A stretch of DNA of 32,000 nt from Sedimentisphaera cyanobacteriorum (GCF_001997385.1 NZ_CP019633.1:810001-842000), one strand, 5' to 3'. Shown: positions 1-8,208, counted from the stretch's first letter. Translations and numbers: made by a program. Notes: a model not told the origin generated them from the letters alone.

Positions 1-276
1 AACCGCTGCGCTGAGCACGCCCCTCAGATGAACAGCACCAAAGAGCAGAAATATATCAATATGTATTTCGCTTTCTTTGAGTGCATTAAATACTGAAGCG
101 GTTACATCACCGCAAAACTCCCAGCCGGCATGGGGAACAACTGCTGCTTTAGGCTCGAAATTTGTATCGAGCTGAGGTTCTTTCACCTGCTGTAGCAGAG
201 AGTCTATAGCTCTCTGGCAGTCGCTTTTCAAGGACGGATAAAAGCTTCCGGCGCATATCATCTCTCTGGCAACCAT
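1..276 (-). CDS. MEMO1-family protein (AmmeMemoRadiSam system protein B-like); N-terminal 92 codons only, rest lies beyond the left edge
   Basis: Absent from the ORF track because there is no stop inside the window. Manual minus-strand translation from the ATG at 276..274 gives MVAREMICAGSFYPSLKSDCQRAIDSLLQQVKEPQLDTNFEPKAAVVPHAGWEFCGDVTASVFNALKESEIHIDIFLLFGAVHLRGVLSAAV. The frame is open to base 1. AGSFYP and VPHAGW..CG match the two N-terminal hallmark motifs of the Memo family. Confidence 0.6.
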   Translation of the reverse strand, partial: MVAREMICAGSFYPSLKSDCQRAIDSLLQQVKEPQLDTNFEPKAAVVPHAGWEFCGDVTASVFNALKESEIHIDIFLLFGAVHLRGVLSAAV

Positions 277-288
277 TCTCTCTCCTTC

Positions 289-316
289 TTGAAAAATCAA
301 AAATTATTTATAAAAT
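289..316 (+). promoter_or_regulatory. Candidate sigma-70-type promoter for purE-pfk (TTGAAA-16 nt-TAAAAT)
   Basis: TTGAAA at 289..294 and TAAAAT at 311..316, separated by a 16-nt spacer, about 68 nt upstream of the purE ATG. It lies in the divergent intergenic region between the Memo-like gene and purE. Promoter consensus for this lineage is not well defined. Confidence 0.3.
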
Positions 317-383
317 CATTATACAGTCAAAAAGACGTTTTACAAAAATTAAAGTACTTTTTTATGGGAAGGGTAAGACAGCA

Positions 384-887
384 ATGGGAGATAAAAACAT
401 TAAAGCAGCGGTAATTATGGGTTCAGACAGCGATCTTTCAACAATGCAGAAATGCATTGACACTCTCAAGGAATTCGGCATACAGCCCACAGTAAGGGTT
501 ATCTCCGCTCACCGCACTCCTCTTGAGGCCGCTGATTTTGCTGATAAGGCAAAGGAAAACGGCTATAAAGTTATTATCGCTGCTGCTGGAATGGCCGCCC
601 ATCTTGCAGGGTCTGTAGCAGGAAGGACAGAGCTTCCGGTAATTGGCGTGCCAATGCAGGCTTCTGAAGGCCCCAACGGGCTGGATGCCCTCCTCAGCAC
701 TGTACAAATGCCTCCGGGAGTGCCTGTGGCCTCGATGGCAATAGGCAAAGCCGGAGCGAAAAATGCAGCGATTTTTGCAGCGCAGATAATAAGCCTTTTC
801 GATGAAGAAGTGGACAAAAAGCTCAAACAGTTCAGAACTCGCCAAACCGAAGCTGTGATTGCAAAAGACGCATCAATTAACAGTTAA
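384..887 (+). CDS. purE: N5-carboxyaminoimidazole ribonucleotide mutase (PurE, class I-type)
   Basis: 167 aa. Motifs VIMGSDSDL, ISAHRTP and AAAGMAAHLAGSVAG..LPVIGVP are canonical PurE. An RBS-like GGGAAGGG lies upstream. Confidence 0.95.
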   Translation: MGDKNIKAAVIMGSDSDLSTMQKCIDTLKEFGIQPTVRVISAHRTPLEAADFADKAKENGYKVIIAAAGMAAHLAGSVAGRTELPVIGVPMQASEGPNGLDALLSTVQMPPGVPVASMAIGKAGAKNAAIFAAQIISLFDEEVDKKLKQFRTRQTEAVIAKDASINS

Positions 888-905
888 TGCGGATTTGGAG
901 AGATA

Positions 906-2231
906 ATGCCCGGCACCAATTATGATTTTACTATCAAAACACTCGGCAGATGTACGGTAAATTCCCCGCTGAGCTTTTCAACAACTCAAGGCGATTATGT
1001 GGCGAATTACGCAAGCGACGAGCGGGGGATTATATATAATATCCAGCTGCCTCGAGGGGACATAAATTTAGACATAAAAAAGCATCAGCTGGTTGAAAAG
1101 GCCGGGCCAAGGCAGGAAATATATTTCGACCCTGCGAAAGTAAACGCAGCAGTTGTAACCTGCGGCGGGCTTTGCCCGGGGCTCAATGCTGTTATACGCT
1201 CTATAACGCATACTCTCTTCTACAGCTACGGAGTCAAAAGGCTTACAGGGATACAGTATGGTTATCGCGGCTTTCTGCCTGAATTTGGGCTGCCCACCGT
1301 AAATTTAACCCCAGAAACTGTTGACGATATACACACTAAGGGCGGCACAATTCTCGGCTCCTCTAGAGGCCACGGGGACCGCGCGAGAGAAATAGTTGAT
1401 GCTGTTGAGCGAATGAACATAAATATGCTATTCATTATCGGCGGAGACGGTACTCAAAAGGGTTCTCTTGATATATCAAGGGAAGCGGAAAAGAGAAATT
1501 TGAATATATCAGTTGTTGGCATACCCAAAACGATAGATAATGATTTGAGCTTTATAGAGCGTTCATTCGGCTTTGAAACTGCCGTTTCAAAGGCCATTGA
1601 TGCTGTGGCAGCCGCCCATATTGAGGCAAAAGATGCCTGTATGGGGGTAGGCCTAGTAAAACTTATGGGCAGGGAATCAGGCTTCATAGCTGCTCACACC
1701 GCCCTTGCAAGCCAGGACGTAAATTTTGTTCTTGTACCCGAAGTGCCTTTCAGTCTGAAGGGAGAAAAAGGATTCCTTGCAACGCTTGAAAAGAGAATGA
1801 AATATAAAGACCACGCAGTGATTGTTGCGGCTGAGGGCGCGGGGCAGGATCTGCTTGAAGCGGAAAAAAGCAAAGATGCCTCGGGAAATAGAAGGCTTGC
1901 TGATATAGGTATTTATCTCAAGGAAAACATCGAAGAGCATTTCTCTAGTAAAAATTGGGATATAAATCTTAAATTCATAGATCCAAGCTATATAATAAGA
2001 AGCGCCCCTCCAAACCCAAATGATACGATTTACTGCTCCCGCCTTGGAGATAATGCGGTACATGGAGCAATGGCCGGAAGGACAGAATTTCTGATAAGTA
2101 TGATTTACAATACTTATGTTCACATACCGATCCCCTTGGCTACTTCAAAAAGGAATTACATTGACCCGGACGGGCCTTTATGGAGGGATGTTTTATCTGC
2201 TACAGGTCAGCCAAGACTCATGCAGGGTTAA
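906..2231 (+). CDS. pfk: 6-phosphofructokinase, long plant-like/group-X PfkA family; phosphoryl donor ambiguous
   Basis: 441 aa. Motifs GGLCPGLNAVIRS, IIGGDGTQKG, GIPKTIDNDL and MGRESGFIA. GGAGAG RBS 4 nt upstream; only 18 nt after purE, so probably co-transcribed. Confidence 0.9.
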   Translation: MPGTNYDFTIKTLGRCTVNSPLSFSTTQGDYVANYASDERGIIYNIQLPRGDINLDIKKHQLVEKAGPRQEIYFDPAKVNAAVVTCGGLCPGLNAVIRSITHTLFYSYGVKRLTGIQYGYRGFLPEFGLPTVNLTPETVDDIHTKGGTILGSSRGHGDRAREIVDAVERMNINMLFIIGGDGTQKGSLDISREAEKRNLNISVVGIPKTIDNDLSFIERSFGFETAVSKAIDAVAAAHIEAKDACMGVGLVKLMGRESGFIAAHTALASQDVNFVLVPEVPFSLKGEKGFLATLEKRMKYKDHAVIVAAEGAGQDLLEAEKSKDASGNRRLADIGIYLKENIEEHFSSKNWDINLKFIDPSYIIRSAPPNPNDTIYCSRLGDNAVHGAMAGRTEFLISMIYNTYVHIPIPLATSKRNYIDPDGPLWRDVLSATGQPRLMQG

Positions 2232-3060
2232 TCCCCTCTTCCAGAGTCCTGTAAAGCCTCATTGCATCAAGATTGATTCCAGGCCGGTGAACCCGAATTA
2301 AAGAAACGCCCTGCTGCATTGCGTAGATAGTGGAGGCTATTGTACCGCCCTCTCTGTTTTTTGCTTCTTGCCTGCCCGTTATTTTACCGATGAAACTCTT
2401 CCTGCTCGCACCGTACAAGACCGGACTGCCAAGATCTTTGATTTTTCTGAGGTTTCTGGTAAGCTCTAGGTTGTGCTTCAGAGTTTTGCCGAATCCTATG
2501 CCCGGGTCGAGTATTATATTATCCTCGCAGACCCCTGCCTCAACTGCGGAGGATTTACGCTTCTTAAGATACTCCATAACGTCAAAAGTAACGTTCTCGT
2601 ATTCAGGGGTCTTCTGCATTGTACGGGGCGTACCCTGCATATGCATCAGCACAATGCCTGCCGACTTTTCCGCTGCAAGTTTGAACATCTTCGGATCAGA
2701 GCCGCTGGATATGTCATTGATTATATCCGCCCCAGCCTCCAAAGCTGCTTCGGCCGCTGTGCTGCTTTGAGTGTCAATGCTTATTCGGGTGCTGTGTTTG
2801 GCTTTTACAGCCTTTATTACTTCGTAAAACCGCTCAATTTGAATCTCAGGGCTCACAGGCTCGGCACCCGGGCGGGTGGACTCAGCCCCTACATCTATTA
2901 TTTCAGCACCCTCACAGATGAGCTCATCTGCCCTCATCACTGCACTTTTAAGGTCGGAATAATCTCCCCCGTCACTGAAAGAATCCGGCGTTACATTCAA
3001 TATGCCCATAACCAGCGGGAGCTCTCTTCCTTTAAGCTCATTTTTTATGTTCAGTTTCAT
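2218..3060 (-). CDS. folP: Dihydropteroate synthase
   Basis: Motifs LPLVMGILNVTPDSFSDGG, IIDVGAESTRPGA, SIDT and GASRKSFIG. The track start at 3132 is a TTG. I prefer the ATG at 3060 (MKLNIKNEL...), which has GGAG about 11 nt upstream. The 3' end overlaps the pfk 3' end by 14 nt, convergently. Confidence 0.9.
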   Translation of the reverse strand: MKLNIKNELKGRELPLVMGILNVTPDSFSDGGDYSDLKSAVMRADELICEGAEIIDVGAESTRPGAEPVSPEIQIERFYEVIKAVKAKHSTRISIDTQSSTAAEAALEAGADIINDISSGSDPKMFKLAAEKSAGIVLMHMQGTPRTMQKTPEYENVTFDVMEYLKKRKSSAVEAGVCEDNIILDPGIGFGKTLKHNLELTRNLRKIKDLGSPVLYGASRKSFIGKITGRQEAKNREGGTIASTIYAMQQGVSLIRVHRPGINLDAMRLYRTLEEGINPA

Positions 3061-3080
3061 TTTAGATTGTCTCCGCAAGG

Positions 3081-3119
3081 CAATAAAAGTGAAGACGCCG
3101 CTTGGGGAGCAGCGCCTTC
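3081..3119 (-). terminator. GC-rich imperfect hairpin plus T-rich tail between the DegT-family gene and folP (terminator or attenuator)
   Basis: On the minus strand: GAAGGCGCTGC-tccccaa-GCGGCGTCTTC, an 11-bp stem with 2 mismatches, followed by ACTTTTATTG. It sits 36 nt after the DegT stop and about 20 nt before the folP ATG. Confidence 0.4.
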
Positions 3120-3154
3120 GAATCGGGTACAACCAGTACGCAACAAGTTTATAA

Positions 3155-4282
3155 TTAAAGCCTGTCTAAACACAAGCTCAGTTTTTCACATACAAAATCA
3201 ATCTTCTCATCACTCAAATTGCTGTGAAAAGGCAGTGCAACAGTTCGGCTGCTCACGCTTTCTGTCACAGGGAAACTGCCTTCTTCTATGCCGAGGGGAG
3301 CTTTAATAAACGGCTGGAGATGCACGGGCGGGAAATAATTGCTCGCACAAACCCCTTCAGACTTGAGCATATCGAGAAGTTCGTTCCTTTGATTAAGGCT
3401 GCAGTCTTCAGTTAGCCTTACAACAAAGACAAACCAGCTGAAATCGCAATTATCAGGCAGCTGAGGCATTATGAGCCTTTTATCAGAATTGAGTTTTTCT
3501 ATGTATTTGCCTGCCGCCTGCGATCTTTTCATTTTAATCTCTGCAAACCTTGAGAGCTGAGCAGTTCCCAGAGCGCAGTTTATATCGGATAAACGGAAAT
3601 TATACCCAACTCTTTCATGGCTGAGCCACCCTCCGTCTGGGCTGCGTCCCTGATTCCTCAAAGACCGGCATAAATCGGCCAGTTCGGGGTTGTCCGTAAT
3701 TATTATCCCCCCCTCACCTGTTGTAATCTGCTTATTGGGATAAAAGGCAAAAAAACCGGCATCGCCGAACATACCCGCAGGTATGCTTTTGTACACAGTT
3801 CCAATAGCCTCGCAGCTGTCTTCTATGAGCATCAGACCTCTTTCTCGGGCAATGCGCTGAACCTCATCAATTCCCCACGGATTTCCGAAGGCGTGAACTG
3901 CTTCTATGGCCTTTGTTTTAGGCGTAACCAGTTCATCAATCAAATCGGGATTCATATTCAGGTAATCCGGGTGTATGTCGGCAAAAACAGGCTTCGCCCC
4001 TGCTTGCAGAATAACATTCACCGAGGCTATAAACGTAAATGGAGTGGTTATCACTTCGTCACCCGGGCCTATACCCATAGCTTTCAGGCAGAGGAAAAGT
4101 CCGCTCGTCCCGCTGTTTACAGCAACTGCATACTTTGCACCAGTGAGGGCTTTAACCGCCTCTTCAAATTCGGCAAGCTTTGGGCCTAAAGACAGTTTCC
4201 CGCTTTTTAGCACCTCTGTAACAGCCTGAATCTCAGTATCGGTGATATCGGCAGCTGAAAGTTCAATACGCGAGAAATTCAT
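3155..4282 (-). CDS. DegT/DnrJ/EryC1/StrS-family PLP-dependent sugar aminotransferase
   Basis: 375 aa. Motifs AVNSGTSGLFLCLKA and FAFYPNKQITTGEGGIIIT (PLP-lysine context), plus RNQGR...YNFRLSDI. The start ATG overlaps the stop of the upstream gene as ATGA at 4279..4282. Confidence 0.85.
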   Translation of the reverse strand: MNFSRIELSAADITDTEIQAVTEVLKSGKLSLGPKLAEFEEAVKALTGAKYAVAVNSGTSGLFLCLKAMGIGPGDEVITTPFTFIASVNVILQAGAKPVFADIHPDYLNMNPDLIDELVTPKTKAIEAVHAFGNPWGIDEVQRIARERGLMLIEDSCEAIGTVYKSIPAGMFGDAGFFAFYPNKQITTGEGGIIITDNPELADLCRSLRNQGRSPDGGWLSHERVGYNFRLSDINCALGTAQLSRFAEIKMKRSQAAGKYIEKLNSDKRLIMPQLPDNCDFSWFVFVVRLTEDCSLNQRNELLDMLKSEGVCASNYFPPVHLQPFIKAPLGIEEGSFPVTESVSSRTVALPFHSNLSDEKIDFVCEKLSLCLDRL

Positions 4283-5823
4283 TTTCTAAGATACTCCAGA
4301 CTCGGAGGAAGCGGGATGTTGTTGCCGTAGTTGTCTTCGCCGTAGCCGTAATGGGCAAGAAGCTTGATGTCTTCCAAAACGCGTTTATCCCCCCTGAAAT
4401 GAGCCTGAAGGTTTGTAACGATGTCAACTTTTCCTACAGCTAAGAGCCTGGCTACTTCATCTCTGATAGTGTCAATCAATGTGGCCTCTTTTCTATCATT
4501 AATATCCGGCGAAATCTCAAGCGGATGGTCGTAGATCATCATCTTGCCCTGATCTGCAAGAGTCATAACAAGGTCGTTCACGATGATCCGCATATCTGTA
4601 TTGGAATCAACCTTTCGGTTTATATCCAGATTCAGCACTTCCCTGTTGAGCCCTTTTCTTTTTTCTGAATTAATAGCTTCATTTGCTCTGAAAAGCTCAA
4701 GAGGAGAGCTCGCATCATACTCTTCGCCCAGCATATCCATCTTCAGCTCGCTTCCGTAGTGGTTGGCTATAAGGGCGATAAGCGTCGAAGGACGGACGTG
4801 GAAACCTCTGTATTGGGGAACTGGAACTGTTATCTCGCCCTGCTCGGAATACTTCTTGATCATATTCTGACAGAGATTCTTTGCGCTGTTTACATAATTG
4901 CGAATGTAATGAATGCAGTAGTCGGTAAGGTTTTCTAACAGCCCTGAAGGGTCAACAAGCTGCCCCTTGAATTCCTGTGTAGGGTCTCTGTATTCGCTGA
5001 GATGACGTTCGTAATAATGTGAAAGAGAAACGGCTATAGTGAGAAGATGGAATACAACACTTACATGCCCCCGGAGTATAGGGAGAGATTCATCATGGCT
5101 TTCAGTGTCTGTTTTCGATACATAAGTGTCATAATTGCATTGCATATTGTGGAAATTATGCTCAAGCATCCTGAGCTTTTCTTCGCTTATCGGGGATATT
5201 GAATATGATTCATTATCAAAAGGCTTGTCCCCCTCCACGATGGCCTTAAGAGACGTATCAGCAATCATATTCAAAAAGGATGTGCCGAGAAATGTAACAA
5301 TCTTGCCAACCTCTACAACGTGCCGCCTTTCGTGGTCGTATTTGAGCTTGCCCTCCAAAATGTGCTCGTCAATCTCATCTTCAAGGATCTCTATAGGTTT
5401 GGAATCTATTTCCAGTCTTATGCAGTGTTCTACAAATTGCTTGGCTGTATTGTGAACTATATTCTTGATATAAGAGATTGCCTTATCTGTAGCCTGTTCA
5501 AACTGCTGGCACTCTTCCTGGATTCTGTACTCCGGAATGCCGTATTTTATGTGGATAAGCTCGTAAAGGACATCGCTGAAACGCTTCAGCGTAGCAACGA
5601 AAGACCTGAATCTTGCCCATCGAAGGTTATTTTGAGCTCCGTAGAAATCTACTAGCTCCTCCAGCTGAATAGACTGGGATAATATAATTCCTGCAAGAGG
5701 CCTGGTAAGCACCCTGTGCGGGTCTTCGTGATTTGCCAGAAAGCTTGTGTAACTAAAAAGTATTCTGCTCCTCTGACGCACCAGTCCGCGGAATTTTGTT
5801 TCATCGACGTATTGCGCTGTCAT
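4279..5823 (-). CDS. Hypothetical protein: about 330-aa helical N-terminal region of unknown function plus a C-terminal HPr-like phosphocarrier domain carrying an insertion
   Basis: The track start at 5832 is a TTG; the ATG at 5823 gives MTAQYVDE.... The C-terminal segment GEITVPVPQYRGFHVRPSTLIALIANHYGSELKMDMLGEEYDASSPLEL resembles the HPr beta1/His-site/helix-a region. The His codon is at 4798..4800. Confidence 0.6.
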   Translation of the reverse strand: MTAQYVDETKFRGLVRQRSRILFSYTSFLANHEDPHRVLTRPLAGIILSQSIQLEELVDFYGAQNNLRWARFRSFVATLKRFSDVLYELIHIKYGIPEYRIQEECQQFEQATDKAISYIKNIVHNTAKQFVEHCIRLEIDSKPIEILEDEIDEHILEGKLKYDHERRHVVEVGKIVTFLGTSFLNMIADTSLKAIVEGDKPFDNESYSISPISEEKLRMLEHNFHNMQCNYDTYVSKTDTESHDESLPILRGHVSVVFHLLTIAVSLSHYYERHLSEYRDPTQEFKGQLVDPSGLLENLTDYCIHYIRNYVNSAKNLCQNMIKKYSEQGEITVPVPQYRGFHVRPSTLIALIANHYGSELKMDMLGEEYDASSPLELFRANEAINSEKRKGLNREVLNLDINRKVDSNTDMRIIVNDLVMTLADQGKMMIYDHPLEISPDINDRKEATLIDTIRDEVARLLAVGKVDIVTNLQAHFRGDKRVLEDIKLLAHYGYGEDNYGNNIPLPPSLEYLRK

Positions 5824-6168
5824 GCAATTCAAACCGCTTTCACCTGTATTTAGTAGCTCTCAAAACACTTCGACAGATTTTACCTATACTTTATAAAAGG
5901 TCAACACAACAATAGCTGATATGTGCTGATTAACATAATTTAAATCATTATAACAATAATTTCAATTTTAAAAGAATAAATAATACGTTAAAAGTAAAAA
6001 TAAATAAAATAAAAACTTTTCTCGTTTTAATATCAGCGATTTATATATTGGTCAGGAATATTTTTGTTCAAATAAAACAGAATTCACTTACAAAATCCAA
6101 CTTTTTTTTCAACTATTAAAGAAGTTAAGAAAAAAGCGCAATTAAACAATATTCGAGGATAATCTTTT
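5824..6168. promoter_or_regulatory. Strongly AT-rich 345-bp divergent intergenic region with A-tracts; it must hold the promoters for both flanking transcription units
   Basis: The region contains runs such as aaaagaataaataatacgttaaaagtaaaaataaataaaataaaaac. It holds no ORF and lies between divergent genes (4279..5823 minus, 6169..8208 plus). Confidence 0.4.
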
Positions 6169-8208
6169 ATGCTGCACTTATCATATTTTTCAGGTTTGAA
6201 GTCAATTCGCAAATCTTTACTTATTTTGGTGCTTATTTCAGCAGCGGCTATTGCTGAGCCTTCCTCCAGATCTGGGGCTGGGGCAATATTATACCCGGGA
6301 GGAGCAACATTTCGGGTTTGGGCGCCGAATGCTGAAGAGGTAAATGTGGCTGGCGAATTTAATTATTGGAACTCCTCTGCCAACCCGCTCTACAGTGAGG
6401 CAGGCGGATGGTGGTCTGCAGATGTCAATGGAGCCGAAGAAGGCAATGAATACAGGTATGTAATAAACGGAGAGCTCTGGAAAAGCGACCCGCGGGCGTT
6501 TGATGTGGTGAGCTCTGTCGGCAACTCGATAATCACTGATAACCAGTACGACTGGGATGAATTCTCTCCGCCTGCATGGAATGATATGGTTATATATGAA
6601 ATGCATCTTGGAACATACTATGATGCCCCGGGCGGGGATCCGGGAACATACTACTCGGCTGCTATGAAACTTGACCACCTCGTTACGCTTGGCATAAATG
6701 CAGTGCAGCTTATGCCGGTATGTGAATTCCCCGGCAGCTACTCCCTCGGCTATAATCCGGTAAATCTATTTGCACCTGAAAGTGCATACGGGAGCCCTGA
6801 GCAGCTGAAATTTTTCATAGACCAGTGCCATAAGAGGGGCATTGCCGTTTTGATTGATTTGGTTTACAATCATCTAGGCCCTACAGACCTTGGCGAATCA
6901 TTATGGCAGTTCGATGGATACAGCGCCTCCGAAGATACAGGCGGGATATACTTTTATGAAAATGACAATCGTTTTACTCCTTGGGGCGATACCCGTCCGA
7001 ACTACAGCACCGGCGAGGTGCGTTCATTCATCCGAGACAACGTGATGTACTGGCTCAATGAATACAATATGGACGGCATTAGAATGGATGGAACAGCGTA
7101 TATTCGCGAACGCGGGATTATGCAGCCAGAGATACCGGAGGGCTGGACTCTGATGCAGTGGATAAACAATGAGATAGATGCGGCCCATTCCGAAAAGATC
7201 TCTATTGCAGAAGATATGCGCGATAATGAATGGATTACCAAAACCACCGGTGAAGGAGGGGCAGGCTTCGATTCTCAGTGGGATGCGGGGTTCCATCATA
7301 AGATTAAAGGCGTAGTTACACAGTCTGACGATCCGAACAGAAATATGTATGATGTTCGAGATGCGATAACAAATCTCTACAACGGAACTGACACCCAGAG
7401 AGTAATTTATTCCGAGAGCCACGATGAGGCGGGCGCTTCAAGCGGAAAAAGCAGGCTACCTTCAGCTATACACTGGGATAACCCTGAGAGCTACTGGGCC
7501 AAGAAACGCTCTACACTTGCAGCAGGGATTGTTATGACAAGCCCGGGAATACCGATGCTTTTTATGGGGCAGGAACTTCTTGAGACAGGAGCTTGGCACG
7601 ACGATACACCTTTAGACTGGTCAAGAAAAAGCACGTTTTCCGGGATAAATATGCTTTATAAACATCTAATAGCTCTTCGAAGAAATTTGGGCGGAAATAC
7701 CCTCGGTTTGAAAGCAGGCAACGTAAATGTTTTCCATGTAAACAATTCTGCGAAAGTAATAGCATACCATAGATGGTGGAACGGAGGCCCGGGAGATGAT
7801 GTAATAATTCTCGCAAATTTCAGCGGCGCAGGCTTCACTAACTACAGTATCGGCATGCCCAGAGAGGGGCGATGGAGAGTGCGTTTCAACAGCGACTGGG
7901 AGGGCTACGACCCAGAATTCGGCAGCTGGAACTCTTACGACACCTATGCCTACTCAGGCTCCAAACACGGTCTTGATTATCATGCTGATGTGGGGATTGG
8001 GCCGTACAGCATGGTAGTGCTCTCTCAGGGGACTGGGCCAAATATGAATGGAGATACAATCGTTGACAATCTCGATTTCGGAATGTTTTCTGAGCAATGG
8101 ACAGGCAGCTGCGATTTGTGGCACTCCTGCGAAGGAGCAGATTTCAATATGTCCGGCTCGGTGGATATAGAGGACCTGCAGATTTTCGTCAGCAGCTGGC
8201 TTGAATAG
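6169..8208 (+). CDS. Secreted CBM48-GH13 enzyme with branching-enzyme-type conserved regions and a C-terminal dockerin-like tag
   Basis: Signal peptide: KSLLILVLISAAAIA/EP. CBM48-like region: GATFRVWAPNAEEVNVAGEFNYWN...EYRYVING. GH13 conserved regions: YEMHLGTY, DLVYNHLG, DGIRMDGTAYI, ISIAEDM and YSESHDE. C-terminus: DFNMSGSVDIEDLQIFVSSWLE. Confidence 0.85.
   Translation: MLHLSYFSGLKSIRKSLLILVLISAAAIAEPSSRSGAGAILYPGGATFRVWAPNAEEVNVAGEFNYWNSSANPLYSEAGGWWSADVNGAEEGNEYRYVINGELWKSDPRAFDVVSSVGNSIITDNQYDWDEFSPPAWNDMVIYEMHLGTYYDAPGGDPGTYYSAAMKLDHLVTLGINAVQLMPVCEFPGSYSLGYNPVNLFAPESAYGSPEQLKFFIDQCHKRGIAVLIDLVYNHLGPTDLGESLWQFDGYSASEDTGGIYFYENDNRFTPWGDTRPNYSTGEVRSFIRDNVMYWLNEYNMDGIRMDGTAYIRERGIMQPEIPEGWTLMQWINNEIDAAHSEKISIAEDMRDNEWITKTTGEGGAGFDSQWDAGFHHKIKGVVTQSDDPNRNMYDVRDAITNLYNGTDTQRVIYSESHDEAGASSGKSRLPSAIHWDNPESYWAKKRSTLAAGIVMTSPGIPMLFMGQELLETGAWHDDTPLDWSRKSTFSGINMLYKHLIALRRNLGGNTLGLKAGNVNVFHVNNSAKVIAYHRWWNGGPGDDVIILANFSGAGFTNYSIGMPREGRWRVRFNSDWEGYDPEFGSWNSYDTYAYSGSKHGLDYHADVGIGPYSMVVLSQGTGPNMNGDTIVDNLDFGMFSEQWTGSCDLWHSCEGADFNMSGSVDIEDLQIFVSSWLE

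Noticed and set aside
277-383. Possible purine riboswitch or other leader RNA upstream of purE
   Set aside because: The leader is AT-rich, shows no three-way-junction helices or conserved purine-riboswitch core, and is too short and unstructured by eye.
3061-3132. N-terminal extensions implied by the ORF-track starts at 3132, 5832, 9782, 13272, 14141, 19269 and 23916
   Set aside because: Checked against the nucleotide sequence, these track starts are TTG (GTG for 23916) with no Shine-Dalgarno sequence. Downstream ATGs at 3060, 5823, 9767, 13257, 14123, 19239 and 23892 give proper signal peptides or family N-termini and mostly have GGAG/AAGGA-type RBSs. For 29665 versus 29650, both are ATG, and I prefer 29650 on RBS grounds. 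The starts remain unverified without proteomic or TSS data.
2473-3306. 277-aa plus-strand ORF (and 2330..2770, 146 aa) lying antisense to folP
   Set aside because: These are shadow ORFs on the opposite strand of a gene with unmistakable DHPS motifs. Their composition is Cys/Arg/Leu/Ser-rich and low in complexity, they have no RBS or recognisable motif, and the longer one runs through an intergenic hairpin into the DegT gene.
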